Below the pieces are notes generated by a model. That model was not told the DNA's origin, ran no database searches, and was given only the letters and a program-made list of their open reading frames with translations. The position numbers and the translations under genes were made by a program. From assembly GCA_039803205.1 (NCBI GenBank), contig JBDRYB010000007.1, forward strand, positions 2,207 to 66,206: a stretch of 64,000 bases of DNA, read 5' to 3'. This document shows positions 1 through 8,754 of the stretch, one piece after another; positions within the stretch are counted from its first letter, which is position 1; each line of letters opens with the position of its first letter. The DNA is from a candidate division WOR-3 bacterium. Its GTDB lineage: Bacteria > Hydrothermota > Hydrothermia > JBDRYB01.

Positions 1-1
1 C

Positions 2-424
2 TTGAATACTCCTCCGCCAACTCCTGGCGAATACAGAATAGCTCCACTGGTGCCCGATACAGGTTTCATCCGCGCGTATCTTTTCAGCGGGTTTAACTCC
101 AATGACCTCTGGGCCCTTGATCTCTCTACGCCCGGAGTATCTGAGAAATACGGAGAGCCAGCCGGACTTCTTCTCCTCGTTTCCCCCAACCCCGCCAAGG
201 GCCCAGTAAAAATAAGCTTCTCTGTTCCCGATGGCGTGCCCTATTCCCTCAAGCTCTATGACCCAGCAGGGAGGATGGTCGGGGTGATACAAGAAGGCCC
301 AGGGCGCGAGGGGCCTGGGCTAACCGGAGAGATACTCTGGGAGCCATATCTGAGGCCGGGGGTCTATTTCCTGAGGCTTGAGGCAGGAGGAAGGAGCCTT
401 ACGGAGAAGATGGTGGTTCGGTAA
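2..424 (+). CDS. Secreted protein with T9SS-type C-terminal sorting domain (5' truncated by window edge)
   Basis: Ends GVSE...VSPNP...LYDPAGRMV...LRPGVYFLRLEAGGRSLTEKMVVR, typical Por/T9SS type A CTD pattern; ORF open to window start. Confidence 0.8.
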   Translation: MNTPPPTPGEYRIAPLVPDTGFIRAYLFSGFNSNDLWALDLSTPGVSEKYGEPAGLLLLVSPNPAKGPVKISFSVPDGVPYSLKLYDPAGRMVGVIQEGPGREGPGLTGEILWEPYLRPGVYFLRLEAGGRSLTEKMVVR

Positions 425-535
425 GCTCCGGGCGGAGCATTTGCCGGAAATTTCTGCCGGCGGGAGAGAATAGCCTATAGGGGATCGTATTAGTGTGGTC
501 TCACAATCCACGCGGGTTTTGGGCCCGGGCCGGGC

Positions 536-1540
536 TCACTTCATCTCCCCTTCCGCGTCGCGCAGTTTGCCCCTTGCCTTCTTTACCGCTCCGGCCCGGT
601 TCGGGTCCTTCTCGTCGTCAAGGAGCTTTCTGGCTTTGTCAAGGTGTTCCTTCGCGCCATCCTTGTCACCGAGGTGATACCTTGCCCTGGCTATATATAT
701 GTGAGCCTCGGCCTGGTTCACATAGCACTCTGGCTGGTTCTTTTCAATTTCTGCCAAAAGCGCCCTGCCAGCCTCATCGGCGTAAAACCACCTCTCGTTC
801 TCAAGGTAGACCTCTGTCTCAAGCCACATCAGGGTTCTGGAGCCAGGATAGCTCGTCTTAAGGAACTTCAGGTATTGAATTGCAAGATCGGGGTTCCCTT
901 CATACATGTAGACATAGACATAAGCGAGGAAGGCTACTGGTTTAAAGAGCTCGGATTTCTCCGTGGCTATCGCTAATTCGGCCATTCCCTTTTTCTTTCG
1001 GTCCTCGGCCTGGACCCAGGGGACCTTTTTCTGAGCGTAGCTTATCGCGAGGTCATATATGCCCATAGCGAGGTAGCAATCGTAGAGGGTTGAATCAAGC
1101 TCTTGGGCCCTAGTTATCTCGTCCAGGGCCTCCTTTCCGTATTTCAGCCCCCGCAGGACATTGAGCTTATCCTGGTAGCGTTGCGCGTAGTGGACCGCCT
1201 TGAATCCAAGAGCGAATCCCCTGAAAAGGTGAGCCCTTGCCCTGGCCTTCGGGTCCTTCTCTTCCTTGATTGCCTTTCGGGTCATCTCGTTGACCCTGTC
1301 AAACTCGGCCATGAACTCGCCCTCGTGTTCATCGGTTGACCAATCGGTCATCCTGAACTCAAGGACAGCCATGCGCAGTAGGGAACCCAGAGGGCTCTCC
1401 GGCAGGTCATTCTTGACCTTTTTGGCTATGGAGTCGGCCTTGGAAAACCTTTCCGTGAGCGCGAAGCTCATCACATCCCTGACCTCGTCCTTGTATTCCT
1501 CAGGAAAGGGCAGGGTCACGAACAAAAGGGCAACAAGCAT
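536..1540 (-). CDS. Exported helical/TPR-like protein
   Basis: Hydrophobic N-terminus MLVALLFV; TPR-like helical repeats (A..HIYIARARYHLGDKDGAKEHL). Start set at ATG 1540, 6 nt after TATCAT. Confidence 0.7.
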   Translation of the reverse strand: MLVALLFVTLPFPEEYKDEVRDVMSFALTERFSKADSIAKKVKNDLPESPLGSLLRMAVLEFRMTDWSTDEHEGEFMAEFDRVNEMTRKAIKEEKDPKARARAHLFRGFALGFKAVHYAQRYQDKLNVLRGLKYGKEALDEITRAQELDSTLYDCYLAMGIYDLAISYAQKKVPWVQAEDRKKKGMAELAIATEKSELFKPVAFLAYVYVYMYEGNPDLAIQYLKFLKTSYPGSRTLMWLETEVYLENERWFYADEAGRALLAEIEKNQPECYVNQAEAHIYIARARYHLGDKDGAKEHLDKARKLLDDEKDPNRAGAVKKARGKLRDAEGEMK

Positions 1541-1756
1541 GGGCAAATGATAAACCCAAGGCGCGCCCCGGCGCAGGCGCGGGATGCAGTCGTTCTCATG
1601 GTGGAGTAAACCCTCAACGCCCCGAGGATGATACTTGCTCAGATATATAACCCAGCAAGTTTGAAAATACAGTATAAAGAAAACCCGGCCGAAGGAGGTT
1701 CTTGAACATGATCGTGCACATGCACAGATCTACCTGGGACAGGGCCTGATAAGCAG

Positions 1757-3268
1757 CTATTTCGTAAGCTTGAGGACTCTTACCCCTTTCTCGTATCTAA
1801 GGACTGCAAGATAAACCCCCCTGGCTTTAAGGTTCGGAATGAAAGTATGGGTTCCCTGAGCCAGAATTCCATCGTAAAGCCTTTGCATGAGGCGTCCTCC
1901 TGCATCGTAGAGGGAAAGCGAAACCCGGGCAGTTCGGGGCATAAAGAGATAGAGGCCCTTGCCTTGTGGCCGGAAGTCAGAAAAATTAGGCCCCCAACTC
2001 TCCTCTATATTAATTCCACAATTATGTGCGTTGCCCGGATCATCAAGAGCAAAAACATGATAACCGGAGGCATCGGGCTGCTCAGTCTCTATAACCACTT
2101 CAACACAGCCATCACCATCTATATCTCCCGCAAACGGTGAGCGAATAAGAAGAGCCAAAGTTTTTGTCCAGAGCAAGGAACCATCTTCCATATTCAGACA
2201 ACGGAGAACACTATCCGTACAGGAAGAAACCAGAATTTCGAGAATTCCATCTCCATCCAAATCAACAAGCGAGCCAGGATGTTGGACATATTGCCCGGTG
2301 TTATAGGCCCATCGGGGGATTCCATCTGAGCCACGAAGGCAATAGACTTTGTTGTCGCATGAGCCTATGACCACCTCCTTTTGGCCGTCTCCGTCCACAT
2401 CAGCTATACCAGGGGAAGATTGTACCCAATACCCTGTTGTGAAGCTCCACTTTTGGGTCCCATCTGAACCCCGTAAACAGTAGACATTCCTGTCCATGGA
2501 GCCTACAACGACTTCTATTTGGCCATCAGCGTCAAGATCCGCAATCGCTGGTGAAGAATACACATCACTACCTGTTGTGAAGCTCCACTTTTGGGTCCCA
2601 TCTGAACCCCGTAAACAGTAGACATTCCTGTCCATGGAGCCTACAACGACTTCTATTTGGCCATCAGCGTCAAGATCCGCAATCGCTGGTGAAGAATACA
2701 CATAACTACCTGTTGTGAAGCTCCACTTTTGGGTCCCATCTGAACCCCCAATGCAATATACTTTCCAATCGTTGCTACCAAAAACCACCTCCATGGCCCC
2801 ATCGCCATTGACATCCGCCACAGTAGGGGGAGAAAGCACTGATCTTTCCGCAGGAAAACTCCACTTTGGGATTCCATCTGTTCCCCTTAGACAATAGAGC
2901 TTCTTCCCGGCACCTATTAAAATTTCTATCTTCCCGTCATCATCCACATCAGCTATGGCCGGAGAAGCATATATGGGGCCCTCCGCACGAAAAATCCACT
3001 TTGGGATTCCGTCTGTTCCCCTTAGACAATAAAGATTCCAGTTATCAGCGCCTATCACAACTTCCGTTTGGCCGTCATCATCCACATCGGCTATGGCTGA
3101 GTAATGCCACCAGATAGGGGAATCAGGTGCAAAGCGCCATTTGAAGACTGGCTCAGCCGTCATAGCTCCCTTCATTAGCTGAACTGATGTATGAGTCGGT
3201 TCTCCTCCCCACATGGGCCAATCGCCTATAACTTGGTTCACACAAAGAATCAAAGCGCATCCAAACAT
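1757..3268 (-). CDS. FG-GAP/PQQ-like beta-propeller repeat protein with T9SS-type CTD
   Basis: Repeated SSPAIADxDxDGxxEVVVGSxDxxVYCLRGxDGxxKW units; CTD LYDAGGR...GVYLAVL; SD AGGAGGTG before ATG 3268. Confidence 0.85.
   Translation of the reverse strand: MFGCALILCVNQVIGDWPMWGGEPTHTSVQLMKGAMTAEPVFKWRFAPDSPIWWHYSAIADVDDDGQTEVVIGADNWNLYCLRGTDGIPKWIFRAEGPIYASPAIADVDDDGKIEILIGAGKKLYCLRGTDGIPKWSFPAERSVLSPPTVADVNGDGAMEVVFGSNDWKVYCIGGSDGTQKWSFTTGSYVYSSPAIADLDADGQIEVVVGSMDRNVYCLRGSDGTQKWSFTTGSDVYSSPAIADLDADGQIEVVVGSMDRNVYCLRGSDGTQKWSFTTGYWVQSSPGIADVDGDGQKEVVIGSCDNKVYCLRGSDGIPRWAYNTGQYVQHPGSLVDLDGDGILEILVSSCTDSVLRCLNMEDGSLLWTKTLALLIRSPFAGDIDGDGCVEVVIETEQPDASGYHVFALDDPGNAHNCGINIEESWGPNFSDFRPQGKGLYLFMPRTARVSLSLYDAGGRLMQRLYDGILAQGTHTFIPNLKARGVYLAVLRYEKGVRVLKLTK
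2433..2748. repeat. Near-perfect intragenic tandem repeat, 138-bp unit, about 2.3 copies
   Basis: Unit CCTGTTGTGAAGCTCCACTTTTGGGTCC... starts at 2433, 2571 and 2709; one mismatch seen between copies (Asp/Tyr codon). Confidence 0.95.
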
Positions 3269-3311
3269 ACTAACACCTCCTACGAAGGTCAATTATAAAG
3301 GAAAAGCAACC

Positions 3312-4244
3312 TCACCTTCCAGTTAACGACGGGTAATCCCTTATCCCGAACCTGAGCCTGTAGTAGAGCTTGGAGCCGAGGAGCACTGCCAGGCCGAGAG
3401 CTATTAATGAAGGGAAACGAAGACCAACCAATAGGGCAAGGATAAATGAGGAGACCCTGAACGAGAGCTTCACGGAGAGATCGTTTGTTCTTATGGCCGA
3501 ATAGAGAAACAGAGGGGCAGAAAGCCCAGCGGCCAGCGAGATTATGGGATCACGGGCCATGAGGCCGGTTGTCAGAGCGAGGATGTCGCAGGCAAAAGCG
3601 AACCAGGCTGTTGCTTTTGGCCCATACCTCACCGCGAGGGTCTCTTCTCCTGCCCTTCTGTCCCCTGGGATGTCGGGGATCATGGTTGCGGCAGTTACAG
3701 CGCCGTCGCCGAACGCGTAGGGAAGGCAAAAGAGGAGCGCGAGCCAGCTGAATTTCCCTCCAACAGCCCATCCCGCAAGAACAGCCAGGAACCCGTATCC
3801 AACCATGTTTAGGATGATGTTCGGGATAGGCCGGGCTTTGAGGTTTGGGGTGCCTGAGTAGAGGAAACCGAGGAGGCCCGAGAGAAACCAGATTATGACG
3901 AATGGTAATCCAACGAGAAAAGCCAGGATCAGGGAAACAGCCTCGAGAACCCCGGCTTCGGCCCATGCGAATCTCACGGATAAGAGGCCCTCGGGGAGAA
4001 TGAGAAGCTTTCGGTTCTCCCTGTCAGATTCCAGATCGGTTATCTGGTTCAAGATGTAGACCGCTCCCATCTCCAGGCTGTAGGAAACGAAAGCTATCCA
4101 GAACATGGGGTCCAAGGGGATGCTGAGGCCAAAAAGGGGAAGCCCCTTGGCCCAGAAATAGCCCATGAACATGAATATCCAGCCAGGAACCATGATCATG
4201 GGCCTGGTGAGGAAAACAGCGTCAAAAAGGTTTCCCTTGCGCAA
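3312..4244 (-). CDS. UbiA-family prenyltransferase
   Basis: Multi-TM protein with motifs LNQITDLESDRENR and IPDIPGDRRAG; TTG start. Confidence 0.85.
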   Translation of the reverse strand: MRKGNLFDAVFLTRPMIMVPGWIFMFMGYFWAKGLPLFGLSIPLDPMFWIAFVSYSLEMGAVYILNQITDLESDRENRKLLILPEGLLSVRFAWAEAGVLEAVSLILAFLVGLPFVIIWFLSGLLGFLYSGTPNLKARPIPNIILNMVGYGFLAVLAGWAVGGKFSWLALLFCLPYAFGDGAVTAATMIPDIPGDRRAGEETLAVRYGPKATAWFAFACDILALTTGLMARDPIISLAAGLSAPLFLYSAIRTNDLSVKLSFRVSSFILALLVGLRFPSLIALGLAVLLGSKLYYRLRFGIRDYPSLTGR

Positions 4245-4267
4245 GGCCTGAGATTATACCGCACAAA

Positions 4268-4300
4268 TTGATCCTCCATCCCTTTGGGGTTATAATATAG
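4268..4300 (+). promoter_or_regulatory. Sigma70-like promoter, variant of the shared TTGATCYTCCA-N11-TTA(A)TAATATAG motif
   Basis: TTGATC-17 nt-TATAAT immediately upstream of AGGAG and ATG 4306. Confidence 0.7.
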
Positions 4301-4305
4301 GAGCT

Positions 4306-5748
4306 ATGAGTATTCTGTTTTTTCTTCTGTCTGAGGGAAGCTTTCTGGCAGTCGCCCCTTATGGCTCGGGTTTGCCGGGGGACATCCTCTCCATCAAGGG
4401 CGAGATATGCGTTCTCAGGGTTTCCGAGGCGGATACTGGCGGCATCACCGTCCTAGAGGAATACGATCCTCCATACTACTGGGCGAGGATCTTGAGGGAA
4501 GGGGGCCTTGATGATGTGAGGGCCGCTGGGCGCGTGCTATACCAAAAGGGCAAGGATGTGCTCTTTAGGCTGGAGAACCCTCACGCGCTTTACACCGGCA
4601 GGATAATGGTAAGGCGTCTGCCGGAGGAGCCCGTTGAGCTGAACATTTGGGGCCCAGATAAGTCCGGAAAGGCATATGATCCCCTTATAGCGGAGATGGT
4701 GGGCCTGGTTGATTCTACGAGATACCTGAATTTCGTTGATACCCTCCAGGGATTCGTGACCAGGAACTCTCACCATTCCCAGTGCGCGGCCGCGGCCAAT
4801 TACGCGAAGGCATACCTCCAGTCCCTCGGCCTTGACGAGGTTTATCTCCACACATACTCAGGGAGCTACGCTCCGAATGTCATAGGCATAAAATACGGAA
4901 AGGAATCAGACTCGGTCGTGATAATATGCGGCCACCTTGATGCGACAGCTGGCTGGCCCTGGCTTCCAGAGGATGTCGCGCCTGGCGCTGATGATAACGG
5001 TTCGGGGAGCTCGGTTGTTCTTGAGGCCGCCAGGGTCACAGCTGGCTACGATTTCAGGCGCGAGATAAGATACATCCTCTTCACTGGCGAAGAGCAGGGA
5101 CTCGTTGGCTCGGATTACTATGCCTATCAGCACCGGAATGACCCCATAGTCGGCGTCCTGAACTTTGACATGGTTGGCTATTCAAACAACAACCCGGAAT
5201 CCATAGACATAATAGGAAATAATCCGTCGGTCTGGCTCGTTGACTCCATGATCTCTTGCCTCAATACATATGTATCTGGCTGGCCCTATTACAGGCTAAT
5301 AGACGGCTCTTTTGAGTATTCTGACCACGGTTCCTTTTGGAACTACGGCAAATACGCTCTTTGCGTTATAGAGGACCACGATGTGGTCAACCCCTTTTAT
5401 CACAGCGAGGGGGACACCATAGGCGCGGGATTTGAGGACCTCAAGCTCGCTTGGACATGCACCAAACTCGGAGTAGCAACCCTCGCGGCCCTGGCTGAGC
5501 CTCTTGGCGCATCCGTGGGAGAGAGAGCACCATCCGGGCCAGAGGTCTCTTTGGTCCCCAGCAAGGGGGGATTCACCCTTATAGCACAAGGCCAGGCTGA
5601 GGTAAGGGTCTATGATGTCTCAGGCAGACAAGTGGAGAGGAGATCGTTCACGGGGAAAAGCTCCTTTTCTTTTGAGCCAGGGGTATATTTGATAAGCGTT
5701 AAAATTGGGAACCAAACGAGTTTTCTGAGAGCCGCTGTAGCCAAGTGA
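4306..5748 (+). CDS. M28-family zinc aminopeptidase with T9SS-type CTD
   Basis: Motifs GHLD, GADDNGSG, TGEEQGL, NFDM, SDH, FYH; CTD VYDVSGR...PGVYLISV. Confidence 0.9.
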   Translation: MSILFFLLSEGSFLAVAPYGSGLPGDILSIKGEICVLRVSEADTGGITVLEEYDPPYYWARILREGGLDDVRAAGRVLYQKGKDVLFRLENPHALYTGRIMVRRLPEEPVELNIWGPDKSGKAYDPLIAEMVGLVDSTRYLNFVDTLQGFVTRNSHHSQCAAAANYAKAYLQSLGLDEVYLHTYSGSYAPNVIGIKYGKESDSVVIICGHLDATAGWPWLPEDVAPGADDNGSGSSVVLEAARVTAGYDFRREIRYILFTGEEQGLVGSDYYAYQHRNDPIVGVLNFDMVGYSNNNPESIDIIGNNPSVWLVDSMISCLNTYVSGWPYYRLIDGSFEYSDHGSFWNYGKYALCVIEDHDVVNPFYHSEGDTIGAGFEDLKLAWTCTKLGVATLAALAEPLGASVGERAPSGPEVSLVPSKGGFTLIAQGQAEVRVYDVSGRQVERRSFTGKSSFSFEPGVYLISVKIGNQTSFLRAAVAK

Positions 5749-6606
5749 TCACTCGTTTCTCTCAACGCCCTTTTGGGCCCACCGGTTTCCGGGGTCCCAG
5801 GAGAGTATCTTCTTCCACTCAGCCAGGGCCTTTTCGGATTCCCCGGCGTCCTCGTAAGCGAGGGCCTTGCGCTCCGCCTTCACTATCTTCGTGTATAGAG
5901 CTGCTTTGGAATTCGTGGGGTCCATTTTGAGTATTTGATTGGCTATGCTCAGGGTCTTGTCGAGGTTGTGCTCGTTTCTGTAGGCTGACTCAAGTTCCTT
6001 CTCAAGCTTGAGGACCTCTGTGCTACCGGATGAGCTCCCTGATGAGATGTCCGTGGCGGGTTTTGTGCCACCGGACTTTTCACCACCTAACTGTTCCCCT
6101 GTTCCCACCTTTATCTTTGGGCCAGTGCCGAGGCCGAGATCGGTGAGGGAGGTTCCAGGACCCTCGGACGGCTTGATCTTTATATCAAGGCCTCCGCTTG
6201 AGGAGAGATCAACAGCTGGCTTTATCTCCGGGAAGTCGGTTTTGCCGCTGGCAGGGCCTGGCTGACTGGGGCCAGCCTTACTCGCTGTATCGGGAACACT
6301 GAGAGCGACCATCGTGGACTCGGATAGGGGACGGGTAGTTGTATCAGTCGTAATGCGAGCTCGCGCGGAATCCCCGCCGCCTGTTCCCTGGATAGCCCCT
6401 TCCGCAACTGATTCGCCGGGGCCAGGAACCCTAACACCGGTCTTTGGTCTGAGGGTATCGGAACCCTGTGGCTGGCTCAAGATGTTTATCTCGCCGGTGG
6501 CCTGGGAGTATTTCCCTTTTGCAACCCCTATTCCAAAATAGGCCCCAGCACCCAGTCCCAGAAGAACCAGGTAGATGATAACGCCTTTTTTCAAACGCGC
6601 CTTCAT
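5749..6606 (-). CDS. Membrane-anchored protein with G/S/T/P-rich linker and C-terminal TPR-like domain
   Basis: N-terminal K-rich plus TM segment, low-complexity middle, C-terminal A..WKKILSWDPGN..A repeats. Confidence 0.7.
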   Translation of the reverse strand: MKARLKKGVIIYLVLLGLGAGAYFGIGVAKGKYSQATGEINILSQPQGSDTLRPKTGVRVPGPGESVAEGAIQGTGGGDSARARITTDTTTRPLSESTMVALSVPDTASKAGPSQPGPASGKTDFPEIKPAVDLSSSGGLDIKIKPSEGPGTSLTDLGLGTGPKIKVGTGEQLGGEKSGGTKPATDISSGSSSGSTEVLKLEKELESAYRNEHNLDKTLSIANQILKMDPTNSKAALYTKIVKAERKALAYEDAGESEKALAEWKKILSWDPGNRWAQKGVERNE

Positions 6607-6610
6607 CACT

Positions 6611-6645
6611 TCTATATTATTAAGGTTTTTATCGTGGAAGATCAA
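6611..6645 (-). promoter_or_regulatory. Shared 35-bp promoter motif (minus-strand copy)
   Basis: Minus strand reads TTGATCTTCCA CGATAAAAACC TTAATAATATAGA, just upstream of ATG 6606. Confidence 0.75.
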
Positions 6646-6758
6646 GTGCATCTGCAACTGATCCCTCTCTCTACCCGCGAATACTCATTTGAGATCCCTC
6701 GGTATCTATCCTGTGGATTAGGATGGCACGAGACACCCGTCCTTGAGAACGCGCGGAC

Positions 6759-6793
6759 TTGATCTTCCACCACCAAAAGGTTAATAATATAGA
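6759..6793 (+). promoter_or_regulatory. Shared 35-bp promoter motif (plus-strand copy 1)
   Basis: TTGATCTTCCA CCACCAAAAGG TTAATAATATAGA upstream of SD GGAGGTG and ATG 6819. Confidence 0.75.
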
Positions 6794-6818
6794 GCTCAAC
6801 TATGTTGGGAGGTGTATT

Positions 6819-8573
6819 ATGATGGAAATAGCCATACTGCTGGTCTCAGCAGTGATAACCGTGCCGGGAGAGCCGGCGCAAGCGAGTGAGGCAGAAGCCG
6901 TAAGGCTCACCGAGAAGGCCGTGACGAACATGGTCGCGGTTGCCCCTCCGGCCGTGATGAAGCTGTCCAAGGAGGACCTCGTGATGGTGGAGAGGGCTCC
7001 ATCTGAGCCAGGCGCGCTCGTCTCCGAGCTGAGGAACGGTAACCCACTGGATGAGTATGTGCCTTTCGCGGGAGTAGGCTGGAGGTGGAACGAGGTTTAT
7101 AATTCCGCTTTCCCATATACCGATGATGGCTCTGATTACTGGCCTTGCATAAGGGCTGATGGCCTTGGAACCCTGTGGGCAATATACAACGGGGTAACCA
7201 CGAGCTACACCATGGATACCATATTCGTTTTCTGCTCTACGGATAATGGTTCAACATGGCTCTACCGGGTCGCGATATACGGCACTCCTAATACCTGGGA
7301 CCCGATATTCGGCTACCTCTCAGTGGACCGTGTCAACAACTGGGTCTACATATCCAATATCCTTGCTGAGCAGGCCGGAGGAGGCCAGTATTATGTTGAT
7401 GGGACCCTCTGGGTGACCCGTTTCCAGCACACAGGCGGCGGAAACATAACCAACCTCGGGACATACCAGTGCGACCCGCAGGGCTGGGGCGGCCTATACT
7501 TTGGCGTTGCGGCCGCGCCGGATGGCTCTGGCTCTTCTTACCTTTATCTCTGCGGAATGGATTGGGTTGGCATGTGGGTTGACGCCTACAGGAGCTCTGA
7601 CCGGGGCGCAACATGGACATACATAAACAGCAACGACATGGGAACAGACATAACCAACGCCATAGCGGCTACCCCAAAGCACGGGAGCTCAGGCGCTCTT
7701 ATAGGCTGGATTGAGCCCGACGATGCTGACAACGGGGACGGAAGCGGCGCTAACGAAGGGGATTACGACTTCTACTGGAGGGAGATGACGAGCTCTAGCG
7801 CTAATTCTTACTACTTTGACCAAGGTGGAACCTACTTCAGGGGGCTCCACTCCATGGCCTCATACGGCGGAAGGTGGGTCGCTCCGTTTGACGAGATAAA
7901 GGCCTCTAACGACTTTGATGCCTCCTTCTACTACTATGACCTCTCTTCTTACTGGCTCTACACCTGGGACAACAGCGCGACGGATGTGCGCTCCCTCTCA
8001 ATGGACATGATACCCCAGAACAATGCTGTCCTCATGTCCTCATACAGGCAGACATCCGGCCTGAACGGGAGGCCGTATTTCTGCTGGGCCATGACCTCTG
8101 ATATGTCCCAATGGTATTATTACTCTGTTTGCGATTACGATGTCTTCAACTCGGACGCTATAACCGTTCCCTCCGGCGCTACAACCAGGCACACGGATGT
8201 CGCGGCTACCCCGTACTCTTTTGGCTCCTACACATGGCAACCCCACATCATTTGGAGGAGGACTTCCGGCGCGACAGGCGGCGGGGACCCCTGGCACTCT
8301 TGGCCTGATCCGAGAGTGGGTCAGGACGAATCCTCTGGCGGCTCTGGCCTCTTCGCGGCCTTCGTGGGCAAGGGAATAGCCTACTCGGTCCCTGGCGAGA
8401 CGAATGTGAAGATCACGCTGTATGACGAAACCGGCAGGATGGTCGCGAGGACAGAGAACACCCTCTCCGGCAGGGGCGTTTTGGAACTGCCTGATCTGAA
8501 CCAAGGGGTCTATTTCTTTAATTTCGCGACGGAGGGCTTCGGGGCGAGGAGAGGGAGCTTTGTCCTGAGGTAG
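6819..8573 (+). CDS. Secreted Asp-box/BNR-repeat (propeller-like) protein with T9SS-type CTD, paralogue A
   Basis: Signal-like N-terminus, Asp boxes STDNGSTW and SSDRGATW, CTD LYDETGR...LNQGVYFF; SD GGGAGGTG. Confidence 0.8.
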   Translation: MMEIAILLVSAVITVPGEPAQASEAEAVRLTEKAVTNMVAVAPPAVMKLSKEDLVMVERAPSEPGALVSELRNGNPLDEYVPFAGVGWRWNEVYNSAFPYTDDGSDYWPCIRADGLGTLWAIYNGVTTSYTMDTIFVFCSTDNGSTWLYRVAIYGTPNTWDPIFGYLSVDRVNNWVYISNILAEQAGGGQYYVDGTLWVTRFQHTGGGNITNLGTYQCDPQGWGGLYFGVAAAPDGSGSSYLYLCGMDWVGMWVDAYRSSDRGATWTYINSNDMGTDITNAIAATPKHGSSGALIGWIEPDDADNGDGSGANEGDYDFYWREMTSSSANSYYFDQGGTYFRGLHSMASYGGRWVAPFDEIKASNDFDASFYYYDLSSYWLYTWDNSATDVRSLSMDMIPQNNAVLMSSYRQTSGLNGRPYFCWAMTSDMSQWYYYSVCDYDVFNSDAITVPSGATTRHTDVAATPYSFGSYTWQPHIIWRRTSGATGGGDPWHSWPDPRVGQDESSGGSGLFAAFVGKGIAYSVPGETNVKITLYDETGRMVARTENTLSGRGVLELPDLNQGVYFFNFATEGFGARRGSFVLR

Positions 8574-8575
8574 AG

Positions 8576-8675
8576 GCAGGCCCAAGGAAACTTTGTTTCC
8601 CTTCTGAGCGGAGGGTTGATACATTTCGGCCTCCGACGCCTGCAAAGCTTCCGACCAGGCTTACTGGGTTGAAGC
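8576..8675. other. Structured intergenic segment (several stem-loops)
   Basis: Pairings GCAGGC/GCCTGC, GGAAAC/GTTTCC, CGGAGG/CCTCCG, GCTTC/GAAGC, CCAG/CTGG. Confidence 0.4.
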
Positions 8676-8690
8676 AAAGGGCGTGAGCGG

Positions 8691-8727
8691 TTGATCTTCC
8701 ATTACTAAAATGTTAATAATATATAGA
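8691..8727 (+). promoter_or_regulatory. Shared promoter motif (plus-strand copy 2)
   Basis: TTGATCTTCCA TTACTAAAATG TTAATAATATATAGA upstream of SD GAGAGGTG and ATG 8755. Confidence 0.75.
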
Positions 8728-8754
8728 GCTTAACTATATGAGGAGAGGTGTATT

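Noticed and set aside
474-492. Minus strand TAATACGATCCCCTATAGG resembles the T7 promoter (16/19)
   Set aside because: The mismatches fall in the specificity region, there is a single copy and no phage RNA polymerase is present; plausible as chance given the many motifs considered
2433-2748. CRISPR array or DGR template/variable repeat
   Set aside because: In-frame 138-bp coding repeats with no unique spacers, no cas or reverse transcriptase, and no adenine-specific mismatch pattern
6714-6722. Single 8/9 DnaA-box-like TGTGGATTA (also TTATCCACC near 20719)
   Set aside because: Isolated matches expected by chance; no cluster
6646-6758. Invertible promoter switch between the inverted motif copies
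   Set aside because: No recombinase in the window and inversion would largely regenerate the same promoters; kept only as a testable side hypothesis
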